64,000 nucleotides of DNA from Takakia lepidozioides. Its lineage: Eukaryota; Plantae; Bryophyta. Below are positions 44,165 to 56,195 of this stretch, piece by piece. A program made the position numbers and the translations under genes. Each line of letters starts with the position of its first letter. Within the stretch, counting starts at the first letter, position 1. The stretch is from positions 248,001 to 312,000 of the forward strand of contig CM060731.1 of assembly GCA_030704615.1 (NCBI GenBank). The letters are read 5' to 3'. The notes beneath the pieces are model-generated. The model did not search any database, was not told the origin of the DNA, and was given only the letters and a program-made list of their open reading frames with translations.

Positions 44165-45130
44165 TCATGATGACCATCTGTTTTTTTTTTTTTTTTCCAC
44201 TTCTTCTTCTTGAATAACAGCACCTGAACAAGTTTTCACAATGACAATTCGTTTTGTTTTTCCACATCCTCTATACAAACAAACCCTAAATAAGCATTTA
44301 TGATGACCATATGTTTTTTTTTTTTTTCACCTCTTCTTCAATAACAGAAACCTGAAGAAGTTTTGAAATGATAGAGCTCAAGTTTTTTTTTTCACCTCTT
44401 TTTGTTTCACAAACAAACCCCTAATTATTCAGATGACATCTGATTTTTTTTATTTTTTATATCACCTCTTTTTTCATCAATAGAAACCTGAACAAGATTG
44501 ACAATGGATAGAGCTCAATTTTTTTTCACACTTCTTCTTCACAAACAAAACCTAATAACATCCATGACCAGCTGGTTTTTTTTTTTTTTTTTTCACCTCT
44601 TCTTCATAACAGAAACCTGAAGAAGTTTGACAATGGTAGAGCTCACGTTTTTTTTTCATCTCTTCTTCACAAACAATCCTAATTTATATTCCCAATCACA
44701 ATGACCACGTGTTTATTTTTTTTCACCTCATCTTCTTCAATAACACAAACCTGAACAAGTTTCCACAATCAACCGCTCATTTTTGTTACACATCTTCTTC
44801 ACAAACAAAGACTAAATAAGCTTGAAGATGACCATCTGTTTAATTTTCACCTCATCTACATTAACAAAAACCATTGCCTGTTTCACAATGAGGGGTCATA
44901 TTTTGGGGCATGTTCTTGCCCATCCTCATTATTTTTAACCAAACCTTCAATATTTCATCCAACCATCATCCATCCACCATAGATGAAATACTGGAAAACG
45001 TCAAAGCTTTTGACAATGAGCATCCAAACTTTTCTTGCCTCTTGTTCATGCAAGGATCCCTAAATAAGATTCATGTGACTCACCCAACCTTTTTTTTTTC
45101 ACCTCTTCTTCAATAAGAAAACCTCATTAA
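44165..45130. repeat. Subterminal tandem array, about 130-137-bp unit, 6-7 diverged copies
   Basis: ATGACCAT..T(n)CACCTCTTCTTCAATAACAGAAACCTGAA starts near 44170, 44303, 44433, 44564, 44701 and 44828. Confidence 0.85.
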
Positions 45131-47661
45131 CCTCTTTTTTTTTTTTATAAGTGAAAAGCGCAATATCTGCTTTCCACAACAATAGGACCCTCTCTAAACA
45201 GAGGACTCGGGTATGGGACCTGCTTCTTCCTCCACTAAACCCTGGGCTCACGCGGCTAGGCTCACGCCGTAGCTGCACTCGGCTTAGAGAAGCTGAGGCT
45301 TGTTTGTTGGCTTCTTTAGTAAGGGTGCAGAGAAGATTCCGGATGGGCCGAGGTTCGGGAGGATCGGGTATGGGGTGTATCATCCCGCAAATAGTATGTG
45401 TGAGCTATGTGGATGGGGTCGTCCGATGGCTCTACTTGGGGTTTAGAGGCCCCAGCCTGGGCAAGGAGGTTTGCCTCTTCGTTGCCAATAATACCTGGTG
45501 TGAGCGGACTTTGTGTGGAAATGTATGGGTTTATCGCGATGGTAATGGCGAGGTTGAATATTTTCGGATAAAAGGTTTCGGTCGGGTGTGTGGTGGTGTG
45601 ATGATGGGGCAGCTAGATGGTTGCGGAGTATAAAGAGTGAGTTGAGACTGTCAGCGAAAATGTAGTGGGAATGAGGCTAATTGAGTCAGGGCTTCAAAAA
45701 TAGCCATGAGTTCAGCTCGGAGTATGGTTGCGGGGCCTGGGAGGGGGTAGGCCGTCCCGGTGCTGGTGGCGGCATTGTACACGCCATATCCGGCAAGGGA
45801 GCCAGATTGGGAGCCATCTGTGTAATGTGAATGGAGTGGGTATTTGGGGGGGTGGGCCCAGGGTGAACTGGGGGGGGGTCGTCGTGAGAGGTTATAACAC
45901 AAGTAGTGGGGGGCGAGGTGTATGACTTGTCCCATGCTTTATTGGTTTTTGGCTTGGGGGTTGGTCTATCAGTGAGAGCGTATATCGGCGGTAGTGGGTA
46001 AGTGAGTATTATGTTATGGGTGTCGGATAAGAGAAGTTTAAGACGAGAGGGGAAGTCTGGGGGTATGAGGTGATGTGGGTTATTTTGGACCAGCAGAAGA
46101 AGGGTTAGGGTGGGTTCCTTGTGACGTAGGTATTTAGGGAAAGGTAAGACTTGCGCTTGTATTGGAGTTGGTTGGGTTCAATGGCGTCTAGTGGTATTAC
46201 CCCTGATGGAAGCCGTAGCAGGGGGTGTTGTTGTTTAGGTGACTTTTGCTGTGTAAGAATGACAATGGTGGTGGAGGGGGTGGAGGCACGTGCGGCAAGC
46301 CGTGCCCATTGAATGGCTTCGTGTGTGAGGGGTTCAGGTGGCGGGTGGGCCAGGGCCCTGCCCGACCAGGTGTGTTGCGTATTAGTGCCATGGGCTCCGA
46401 ATACGCAGTCTCTGGGGTGCGGGGCTGTCATAAGAAGAGAGTTCAAGGGGACATGTGAGAGGGCTTGAGTAGTATGAGTGGGTACTGAAAGGAGGGTGAT
46501 GAAACTTGAGATGTCAGGGGGGGATGGTGCTATGGCAATATGCTTGAGCAAGTTTGTGTGGGAGCTTTCTACCAGCCAGCCGACTTTGGTGGCGAAGTCT
46601 TGCCTTGGGGGTTGGAGTTGACTGTTGAGGGTGGCGGAGGTGGTATATCTGTCCCAAAGCCAGGCTATCCTGACATGAGGGATAGACCCGGCAAAGTGAC
46701 CATTATGCGTATAGATATTGGATATGTTGCGACTGGGGCATATGTTGGGGGAGATTTGGCTGATATCTTTGTCGGGGTTACATTCGGAGGTTGAAATATG
46801 AATTTTTGGGGCGTCTAGTTGGGTGCGAATGTATCGGGTATCCATCGATTGGGTTTGAGAGACATGTTGTTTGTGGGTGTGTGCGAGGTATTTGGTTTGG
46901 TTGATTTTATTTTATTATTGGAATGTGGTGAGAAGCATGCGATTGTGGGCAAGGTCACAGTCTTCATGGGTTCAAAAAATGTCGTCTTCTATTTGCCAAG
47001 TGTTATCTTCAATGGGGTAGTCAGCCCATTTACATAGATAGTATATATCGACACATCTAGCACCAAAAGCGTCTAGGGAGGTCTGGGTTTTGATACATGG
47101 CCTCAATAGTGAATGCCTCGGGATGGTCAGGGTTTGTGGGTCTAGGGTAGGGCGGAGTGGCGGTAGGGATCGGAGAGCAGGGGGGGTTAGTTGGATTCGT
47201 AGCGGGGGGGAGACGGGTAGAATGTTTGGAGTAGGAAGATCATGGGCGGCGTGGGAGGCTCTGAGCTTCTGGAGTATAGAAGTAGCTGGGGCTGTTCTAA
47301 ATTCTGGGAGGAGGTCTTGCCGGTTGGTGGGGAAGAGTGGGCCGGAAATCACAGTCGAGGGTACAAGAGGTGTCGACGGGTGGCAGAATAGGGAGCGGAG
47401 GTGTATCAAATATCTTTGTTTTTAAATGGTGGCCCGGGAATGCTTTAGGGTAAATTGACTAGGATTTAAGAGAAGGATACCAGTGGCCGTGGTGAGTTGG
47501 GTGAGGTTAGATATGTGGCGGGCCTTGAAGTAGGCAAAAATGAGTTTTTTTTTACGGGGGTGTGAAGTTTCGAATTGTGAGAGGAATGGGCTTTGGAGAC
47601 ATGCCCGCTCTAGTGGAGATATAGTGTTGGGGTACCCTGGTAAGTCAGTTTGTATGTGTAC

Positions 47662-49247
47662 AAACCAAGACGAGACAATGTGGTGGCCGATGCTTTAAGT
47701 AGAAAGCAAGCAGCTCATGTTTGGTGTAACAGGGGCGAGACGACGCTTCCAAAGGAAGATTCGGAAGGCTTTACCGGAAGGATTGGTGACGTCCTTGTGA
47801 TGCGGGACTTGAGGGTGGGGGTTACAATCGCAGTTCCACTTTCACAAATGGCCTGCACCGGTATAATGCAAAGCGTCTCTACGTGCCGAAGGGAGGGATC
47901 AGAGATAGTCCTCTTGAAGAGAATGCCACGATGGCCCCCCCTACTTGCGGGCCACGGCGGAGCCAAGCGCACCACGGCACTCTTGAAGAAGAGTATTTTT
48001 CTGGCCCAAACTGAGGGAGGAAGGCCGAGGAGTATGTCAAGACATGCACCACATGCAACAAAAACCGGAGCGAGTACAAAAAGCAAGCGGGGTTGTTACA
48101 AACCCTTGCCGATTCCAGAGGGGTCTTGGGAAATTGTCTCGATGGATTTCATGACTGCTATGCCGCTGTCAAAATGATTCGATGCGATCATGGTGATGGT
48201 GGATAGGTTCAGTTAAATGGGCCATTTCCATCCCCACCAAGGAGACGGCAACGGCGCAGGAGAACGGGGCGACTTTACTTCTTCAACGTCTTCAAGCATC
48301 ATGGACCCCCGAAGGATATTGTCTCGGACCGCGATCCAAAGTTTACGAATAAATTTTGGAGGGCACTTTGGAAGAAGATGATGAACGAGGCTCAAGATGA
48401 GCACCCCGCCTTCCCGACCTACGACGGACGGTCAAACGAAAGAAGTGAATTCCGTGCTGAAGCAGATTTTGTGGAATTACGTGTCGACAGACCAATCAGA
48501 CGGGGTGGGCACTTGGACGCGGCAGAGTTTCTGTTCAATAACACAAAAACATTCCGCAACGGGATTTTCCCCTTTCGTATTGGTCTATGGAAAAGCCACC
48601 TCTGGTGCCGACAAGTTGGGCCGCCCAGGACGTTGAGGAAACCGGCAGCAACGGCGGTATTGGAAGAACGCGAGCGTTTGTTGAAGCTCGCAAAGTACAA
48701 TATTGCCAAAGCTAGGAAACGGTATGCGAATTGGAAGCGGAGGGAAGTTAAGTTTGAGGCAAGCACGGAGGTCTGGTTGAAACATCAAGAATTTTACTAC
48801 TCCTCCGGAAGTAAGTCCCAAAGTTCGTACCTCCGTATGCGGGCCCTTTTCCCGCATCCGGAAGGTTATGAATGAGGATGTGTATTAAATTGGAGGCTGT
48901 CGGCAAACAACAAGGTGCATCCGGTAGTTCCACGTCTCCTTTTTGAAGCCTTACTTCAAGATGAAAGCGCGTTCGAATCGGCACAAGTGTTGCGTCCGCC
49001 ACCTATGCTGTTGGATCATGAAAAATGAACTTGAGTACGAGGTGGAGGCAGTGCTTAAGTCGAGGAGGTTCAAGAATCGAGAAACGGAGTATCTCGTGAA
49101 ATGGATGGGCTATCATCATGTGGAGGCATCTTGGGTCGCTGCCTCAGAAATGGGAAACGCATCCGAGGCTGTTGAAGCTTTCGAAGGGCGACCTCAAAGC
49201 AGAAGAAGCGTTGATGGGGACATCACCTTGGAGCGTGGGGGAGGAAA
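47662..49247 (+). mobile_element. Chromoviral Ty3/gypsy 3' pol fragment (integrase plus chromodomain)
   Basis: NVVADALSRK, WEIVSMDF, IVSDRD, TDGQT.E, chromodomain EYEVEAVL..EYLVKWMGY..EASW, then a purine tract at about 49230-49247. Many frameshifts. Confidence 0.9.
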
Positions 49248-50074
49248 TGCATGCTTAGCCGGCTTTAGCTAGCTCAGGATCCGATTGCAAAAACTTGTAT
49301 GTACAATTTGTTTTGTTATAAAATGAATGTTTCCAAATGTTGTGCGTCCTATTTTGTTGTTTTGAAGATGAATGCAATGGTATGGTATGCATGCTAGCTT
49401 ACAAAAGTGGGAGAGGTAAATTGGATTAATCGTGTGTTTGCGTAGTACAATTTGTTTTGTTATAAAATGAATGTTTCCAAATGTTGTGCGTCCTATTTTG
49501 TTGTTTTGAAGATGAATGCAATGGTATGTTACCGGAAGCTACGTGCTTCCGTTTACATACTATAATCGTGTAGCCTCGGGACTAAAAAGGGTTCAAGGTG
49601 AATCCTTGCTCAAGGTGATGTCAAAAGTGGCATCGTGAGCAGTCGCAAACAATGTGTTGCAGTAAGGCGATTCGATCCTCGGGAGGATCGTTCCTTGGCC
49701 TTGAAGTGGGCCATAGTAAAAAAAAAGGGTCAAGGTGAATCCTTGCTCAAGGTGAAGTCAAAAGTGGCATCGGAGCAGTTGCAAACAATGTTGTTGCGTA
49801 AGGCGTCGATCATAGGTGAGATCGTTGCCCTGGCCTTGAAGTGGGGCGAAGAGTGCACTGGTAGGAGCTTGAGAGGCTCCACCCTTGGTCGGGACTTGGA
49901 GGAAGTCGGCCAAACTTGCTAGTGGAGAGTAGAGTCAAGTGTGGGGTTTGGTTCTTTGCCATGGGACCCATGGTGCGGAGGAAACAACTCCTTGATGTGG
50001 GACGCCAACTTGGAGTTCGTTTCTACAAAATGGACAAGTCGATGAGGACATCGACTCCTGTTGGTAGGGGTGTG

Positions 50075-50705
50075 TGTCGCGGCCTTTGCCTGAGGGCAGG
50101 GGGTTGGGACGCAGAGGGGCTGCCCCTGTGGTTGGGGCGGTGGCAGCAATAGGTACGGGGGGCTGAAGCACCTTTGAGTGCCCAAGGCACTCAAGGAGGC
50201 GTCACTAGGTGGAGCCACGACACCGGGTGCGGTGGGGGTGGCTCCACAAGGGGTGGTGGTAGCTTAGTGGGACTTAGTGAGGGTGGCATAGGACTCACCA
50301 TGGGGCGGAGACCTTGTGGTGGGAGTCGAGGGTCTTCGTGGTGGTTCACCATAAAATGGCAGGGTTGTTTGTGAAACCCCCGCGGACAGTCACAGAAGTA
50401 TATATAGGGAGTAGTAACCCCGAGAACGGTGCAAACCCATTGGTGATAAAAAACTAGTGAGTGAGCGAGCAAGCCAGAAAGCGACCAAGAGTGGGAAGCT
50501 ATTCCGGACTGCCATCTACCAAAGGGAATTTCCACTAGGGCCAAATTGGTGGAGGGTCCAGTGGAAGAGTAAAGGGGGACCGTTATGTCCCGGTGAGCAG
50601 CCGAAGCTCCAAGTTGGCCCGACGGCCAGGTTGGGAGTTAGGCGCGCGCATGAAAGCGAGTAACTATGACTTGAAGAGGAGCTTACCGAAGTGAGGTACG
50701 CGACA
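50075..50705 (+). repeat. LTR (631 bp)
   Basis: TGTCGCG...CGCGACA termini, upstream purine tract GGTAGGGG, TATATATA near 50400. Its end cuts the RING ORF. Confidence 0.7.
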
Positions 50706-52511
50706 CCTGTACCTTCTCTGACTCCAATGCCCTCCCAGATTGCGGCAAAATTGCTCTCTCTCCCACCAATCGGGAATGCCTCCTGCACGTATGGTTATCT
50801 CCCAGTCAGATGTGACCCAGAAATACTGGGTATCTTTGACGTATGCCGGGTTTCCGGCATGTATGCCATGTATCTCTTTGTCTGCATCTCATACCAAGTT
50901 CTTGCCCCAATGCACACAATTCAGAAATGTGAATGGTAGCCCATCCAATGGGAGGTTGTGTCGATTGTATTCAAAACCTATGGGCATCCGATCCTCCAAG
51001 CCCACCAGCTCATAGAAACGGCGATGGATTGGTGTACGGCATTCTGGGCAAGCGCTCATCCGCAAGGCTTGCGGGATAAGACATGTGAGATGGAACATAT
51101 GTCCACATGATCCAAGCACATGACATCCCTCTGGGCCGTATGGATTCCTACACATCGAACAAATTGTGCCATCTGATATCCATGACGGCAAAACGCGTCG
51201 TGGTATCTCCTCCCTCTGGGCCGGTTTGATGTGGCTGGTCATCCTTGTTGTGGTGTCACACTCTTCCTCTATCTCCAATTCCCAGTTTATGATTCTGTTC
51301 GACCTCGAAATTCTGTGCTCACATCGATCGAACATAGAATCCACATTTGCCCAGTTGGTATACCCGGCGAACACGCTTGATGCGATGCGGAGATCGTTAT
51401 ACCTTTGCATGTTGGCATAATTGCTATCCATGCTACGGTTCGACATGCGTGCGACACGTTGCAAGCCTGACAGTGCCCGCTCTACCCGTGCTTCTCTGGA
51501 GGCCAAATGGGTCATCCATTGTACCCAATTCTCCCAATTGCCATTCAATGGGATCCATGCCCGAATCTCCAATGTTTTGGACAAGCGCCATGCAGTTGCC
51601 ATGACAATGTCCCGCTCCTTTGTAACGCGGTCGACATCTGATATCGGATTCATCTCGGATTGAATGGCGACCCTCGAGCATTCCCCGGTTTCCAGTACTG
51701 GTTCTGTTCCTTTCCTCCTTCTCTCATCTGCAATTCGTTGTTCCTCAACCATGGTTTCATCGGCCACAGGGTCAAGGACGTCCGTAATTTCGTGAATGAT
51801 GAGGTCAATACTGCGATCGGGCATCGCAAACTCCGCGTCCATGTCCACGACGTTTGTTCGATCCTCATTGTGGACAACAATGTCTTTATTGTTTGGAGGC
51901 ATATCTTGCAATCTAGCTTCCAACTCGACTATGTGCAGTGTTTGCCAGTCTAGTCGGTCCTGCACGGTCCTGATTCGCTGGTCTCTTTCCGCCAGTTGTT
52001 CCTCGAACGTTGCAACTGGTTGTATTCCAAACGTGTCCGGGATGTACTCCAAATCGTATAGCATCTTTCCGTTCCTCCTACTAGTAGTTTGTCAATTCAC
52101 TGGACGCAAGAGTATGACCTCCACGTACAACATGGCTGCCAAGGTGTACGAGATTTGGCCCTTTAAGAGAGGTTGACCCCACAATGTGCAATGCACCTCA
52201 TTCGCCCTATGCTGGAAATGCAAGTTCGTGCAAGACCTGGACTCTGCGTAATTATTTCGGGTTTGCACGTCATGCATATCTAAAGGCCACAATCGATTGA
52301 TGTGGTACCACTTCACGAATTTTTTGCATCTCGCCATCGGCCACCTGAACTCTTCTGGAACATCCTCCCAGCCCTCTTCTGCTAGTATGCTAGGGTCACC
52401 ATAAACTTCCCAATTCAAGTCTTGCATTGACCATTTGATTTTCTTAGGGGGCGGTCCATGTTCATTGGGGTCATCTCTTCCATGACGTTCATCGTCCTGG
52501 CCCTCTGTCAT
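50706..52511 (-). pseudogene. About 600-codon intronless ORF with a coiled coil and RING-H2 finger, probably transposon-associated
   Basis: 52511-52092, 52064-50889 and the downstream sequence share one frame broken by two TGA codons. RING: CSMC-x15-CGHMFHLTC-x10-CPEC. Confidence 0.7.
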
Positions 52512-52889
52512 TCTGCAACAATTGGAACAACACTAAATGAGGATTACTAATAAGAAGTAACTCTAAACCCTTCACCTTAAACGAGTTTGAGTAGGTGTCA
52601 GAATAGTTCCTAAAAGCTAATTTTGTATAATAAAATGATCATGGAAGCCAGAGGAGGGCCTATGGGAGCATTCTTCAATGACCTCACAGAAATCGCGGCA
52701 AAAAATACCCCCCACCCAACCAATGGTCTCCTTCTCCTTGTGACTACGTGTTGTGGAATAATGAAATGTTACGCACACAAAAGTTGTGTGGAGAGGAAGT
52801 GAGGGGAGAATGAGCCTCCCTTGGCTTATATGCCCCCCGCCCCCCGCCCTCTCTCATTCCTCGGGCCATGCGCAGGGCAAACCTTCTAG

Positions 52890-53960
52890 AAGCGACCGCC
52901 CACTTGGCGGTCGTTCCATTTTCCGAAAAAAAAAAAATAAGCGACCGCCAGAACTGGCGGTCGCTCCATTTTCCAAAATAAAATAAAAAAGCGACCGCCA
53001 GCATTGGCGGTCGCTACATTTATAGTGACATTAAGAATTAAAGCGACCACCAGTAATGGCGGCCGCTTCACTTCGAAAGATATTGAAATAAAATCGTCAT
53101 TTATAAAACTAAAATAATTACTCAAATACCAACTAAAATAATTACAGCGGTCGCTCCATTTCCAACAAAATTGAAATAAAAGCGACCGCCACTAATGGCG
53201 GTCGCTGCATTTACAAGAAAAAAAACAATTGCGGTGACCGCCCGTAATGGCGGTCGCTCCTTTTCCTCCAAAAAACCAAAAAGTGACCGCCAGTAAGTGT
53301 AATGGCGGCGCTGCATGTACAGAAAAATATATCCCCCCCCCCCCCCCGCCTCATTCCTCGCTCCACCTGGGCAGACCTCGTAAAAGCGACCGGCACCTTC
53401 GCGGTCGCTCCATTTAAAAAACAAAAAAAAAAAAACCGCCACAAATGGCGGTCGCTCCATTTTGCAAAAAATAAAAATAAAAGCGACCGCCAGTAATGGC
53501 GATCGTTGCATTTACAAAAAAAAAAAACTTCAAGCGACCGCCAGTAATGGAAGTGAGGGGAGAATGAGTTGGAGCTTATATGCCCTTCCCCCCCCCTCCC
53601 CCCCGCCTCACTCCATGCGCAGGGCACACCTCATAGAAGCGACCACCACCTTGGCAGTCGCTCCATTTAAAAATCCCACAAAAACGATCGCAAAATATGG
53701 CGGTCGATCCATTTTCCAAAATTAAAAAAACAACCGACTGCCAGTAATGGCGGTCGCGAAAATTACCATAAACCCTAAAATAAAAGCGACCGCCAGTAAT
53801 GGCGGTCGCTCCATTTATATCAAATATATTACGAGCGACCGCCAGTTCTGGCGGTCGCTGAATTTACGAAAAAACAAAAGAGGACCGCTACTACATCGCG
53901 TTCGCTGCATTTACAAAGAATAAAAAATAAATGTGACCGCCAGTGATGCCGGTCGCTGCA
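52890..53960. repeat. Array of palindromic AGCGACCGCCA-N(3-4)-TGGCGGTCGCT units
   Basis: About 20 copies with AT-rich spacers, 3' of the hAT ORF; consistent with subterminal transposase-binding repeats. Confidence 0.9.
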
Positions 53961-54270
53961 TTAAAATAAAAATGAATGCAGAGTTGGAAGCATTGGCGCA
54001 ATTGTTCTTCATTCCACAAACAAATCACCGAACACAAACATGAGCAAGTGACGGTGTTTTTGGCCGACATTTTGGCTGGTATACACATGGGCAACATCTT
54101 TTATTTCCCAACACATACACAACAACAATACAAATACTCATAGTGACAATGATCACACTGGTATTACTTCACTACAGAAATGTAAACATGTCAACTAAAA
54201 TGTGCTGATGCATGCCTACAGCTGTTTTGCTTCAATTCCTTCTACTGCTTCGACGGCGGGACGAAGAAGA

Positions 54271-56195
54271 TCATAATCCTAATGCTCCGATGGGCTGAAA
54301 ATCCAAGTCACCCTCGACTTCACCACCATTGCCATTATCAGTGCTGGAATCGTTATCCCTATCCGATCTCATATGTCCAGGCCTTGAAATCTGCAAGCGA
54401 CCTCGAACCACATTTAGTTGAAATCTCTGAGGTCGAACTCCCACTCTCTGAGGTCGACTCCCACTCCGGTCTTGAATACCATCCACGGTATCTGGCCTGT
54501 TTGTGGGCCAATCGCCTACAAAAGGTTGGACTGTTCTCTGTCGTTTATGGACTTGGGACGCAATCGAAGGTGGTCTCAAAGGAGGTACCGGAGGGGGGTC
54601 TGCCCGAGATGGACCGGCATTAGATGGTCCGGCATGTGAGGAACCACGGGTCTGCTGCACAACACGTCGGTTAAGGTAGAATTGTAGTGGCATGTTGTCA
54701 TCATCCGAGGCTTCAACTTCCACCTGGTCCAATGCAGCAGAATGATGCGTGCGTGTGGAAAACAGATCAACCCTGTTGCTTCTTAATGCCTGCTGTGTTG
54801 ATAGGGAGCTGGATCGGTTTTGGCATTGTGGTGGAGCTGGTCGTATCGGTGATGCATGATCCCGTCCCGTCGACTGTACAATGGGTTCGACACCATCGTT
54901 TGTATGAACAGGGTTCCATACGTCGCTTGGTCTTGGAAGTTCATCACCCCTAAGCTTCATTGGGGCACTACCGGTGGCTTCAGCGTGTAGGGGGGGGCGA
55001 GGGTCGACCCTAACTTCATTTGAGGACCATGTTCTGGGGATGGATGACACAATTGCAGCTTCACCTTCATCTGCGATACGTACTTCTTCAAGAAGGTCAT
55101 CAAAGGTCGGCTGGATATAAGCATCATCCTCTGTGAACATAAACGGGTCATACGCATTTTCGGGATCATCATCGGATCCATCTTCACTATCGGAGGCAGA
55201 CGATTCCCTCTGAGATGATTCCCTCTGAGGCTCAGTATCGTCACTCATCAAATCTACCTCAGAAGCAGAGTCTTCGGAATGCAAATTCCTCTCATACCAT
55301 GCTGCAACATCATCCGCTGCCCTCTCACGTAGCAGTCGGCAATTGGTATACACATACACCAATTTGTCAGCCCTTGCGGGATTCAACCTGTTGCGAATCT
55401 TGTTGTGAACAAATGAGTAACTACTCCAATTGCGTTCACAAGATGAGGCAGAGCACACTTGAGCAAGAATACGCTTCGCAATGGGAGCCAATGTTCTTGC
55501 TCCAGATCCAATCAGATCCCACCATTCATGTAGCACATATTGAGCTCTTTTGGATCCAACATGTCTTCAAAAGGGTCGCGTCGATCTGAGAAGCATTGGT
55601 ACTCGGATATAGCTCTCTCTGTCATGTTTGGCGGAGCCAGTCGCATGAGCACTCGCACGAGACTGGCCTTGGAATCAGCGTCGTCTCGGAGCATGGTATT
55701 GTCGAGCAAGAATGGATTGAGCAAAGCCCCCGCATAATGCAAGTTCGTTCGAACCATCGAACGACGGTCGTAAAATGTATCCGAAGCACTGTCCGCAAGT
55801 TTAGGTTCCAAGGAGAAGAGAGGATGCCTCAAGGATTGGACGTGCTTATCAACATTTTGCATTAATAACCCCGTCTTGCCCATTACTGGTTGTTTTCCAT
55901 CAAACTCCCGCAAGACGATTGACACCGGCTCTACCATATAAACAAAGTTTTCACATTTCTTCCAGAAATCATCGCTACGAATGCTATTCCGAACTTTTCG
56001 ACTTTTGCCCAATGACTTGGCTTTTCTGGAGTCCTGCAATGTCTGTGTGTATGCATCCCATTGAAGATCGATGATGGTGTGCTCCATACTGCTCTTCACC
56101 ATCACCAACTGATCCACCATCAAGAAATTAGTGGCAAAACGAGTTTTGCCTGGATTCCAGAGGCTGTATTTGGGTTCGTGCCTCCTATATATTGC
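54271..56195 (-). mobile_element. hAT transposase, 3' half (frameshift near 55530) with a long low-complexity tail
   Basis: TRFATNF, GALLNP, and dimerisation domain WW..IG....LAPIAKRILAQVCSASSCERNWS....HNKIRNRL. Confidence 0.92.

Larger units (their letters stand above)
40521..45265. mobile_element. Unclassified TIR DNA transposon (4745 bp) with no ordinary TSD
   Basis: TIR GTGAGCCTAGCCACGTGAGCCCAGG (40521-40545) versus CCTGGGCTCACGCGGCTAGGCTCAC (45241-45265), 24/25 match. Excision restores the Dualen frame (RVQLR|HSSIPP). Confidence 0.88.

Noticed and set aside
52890-53960. CRISPR-like palindromic repeat-spacer array
   Set aside because: Eukaryotic context, irregular low-complexity spacers and no cas genes; the adjacent hAT explains it.
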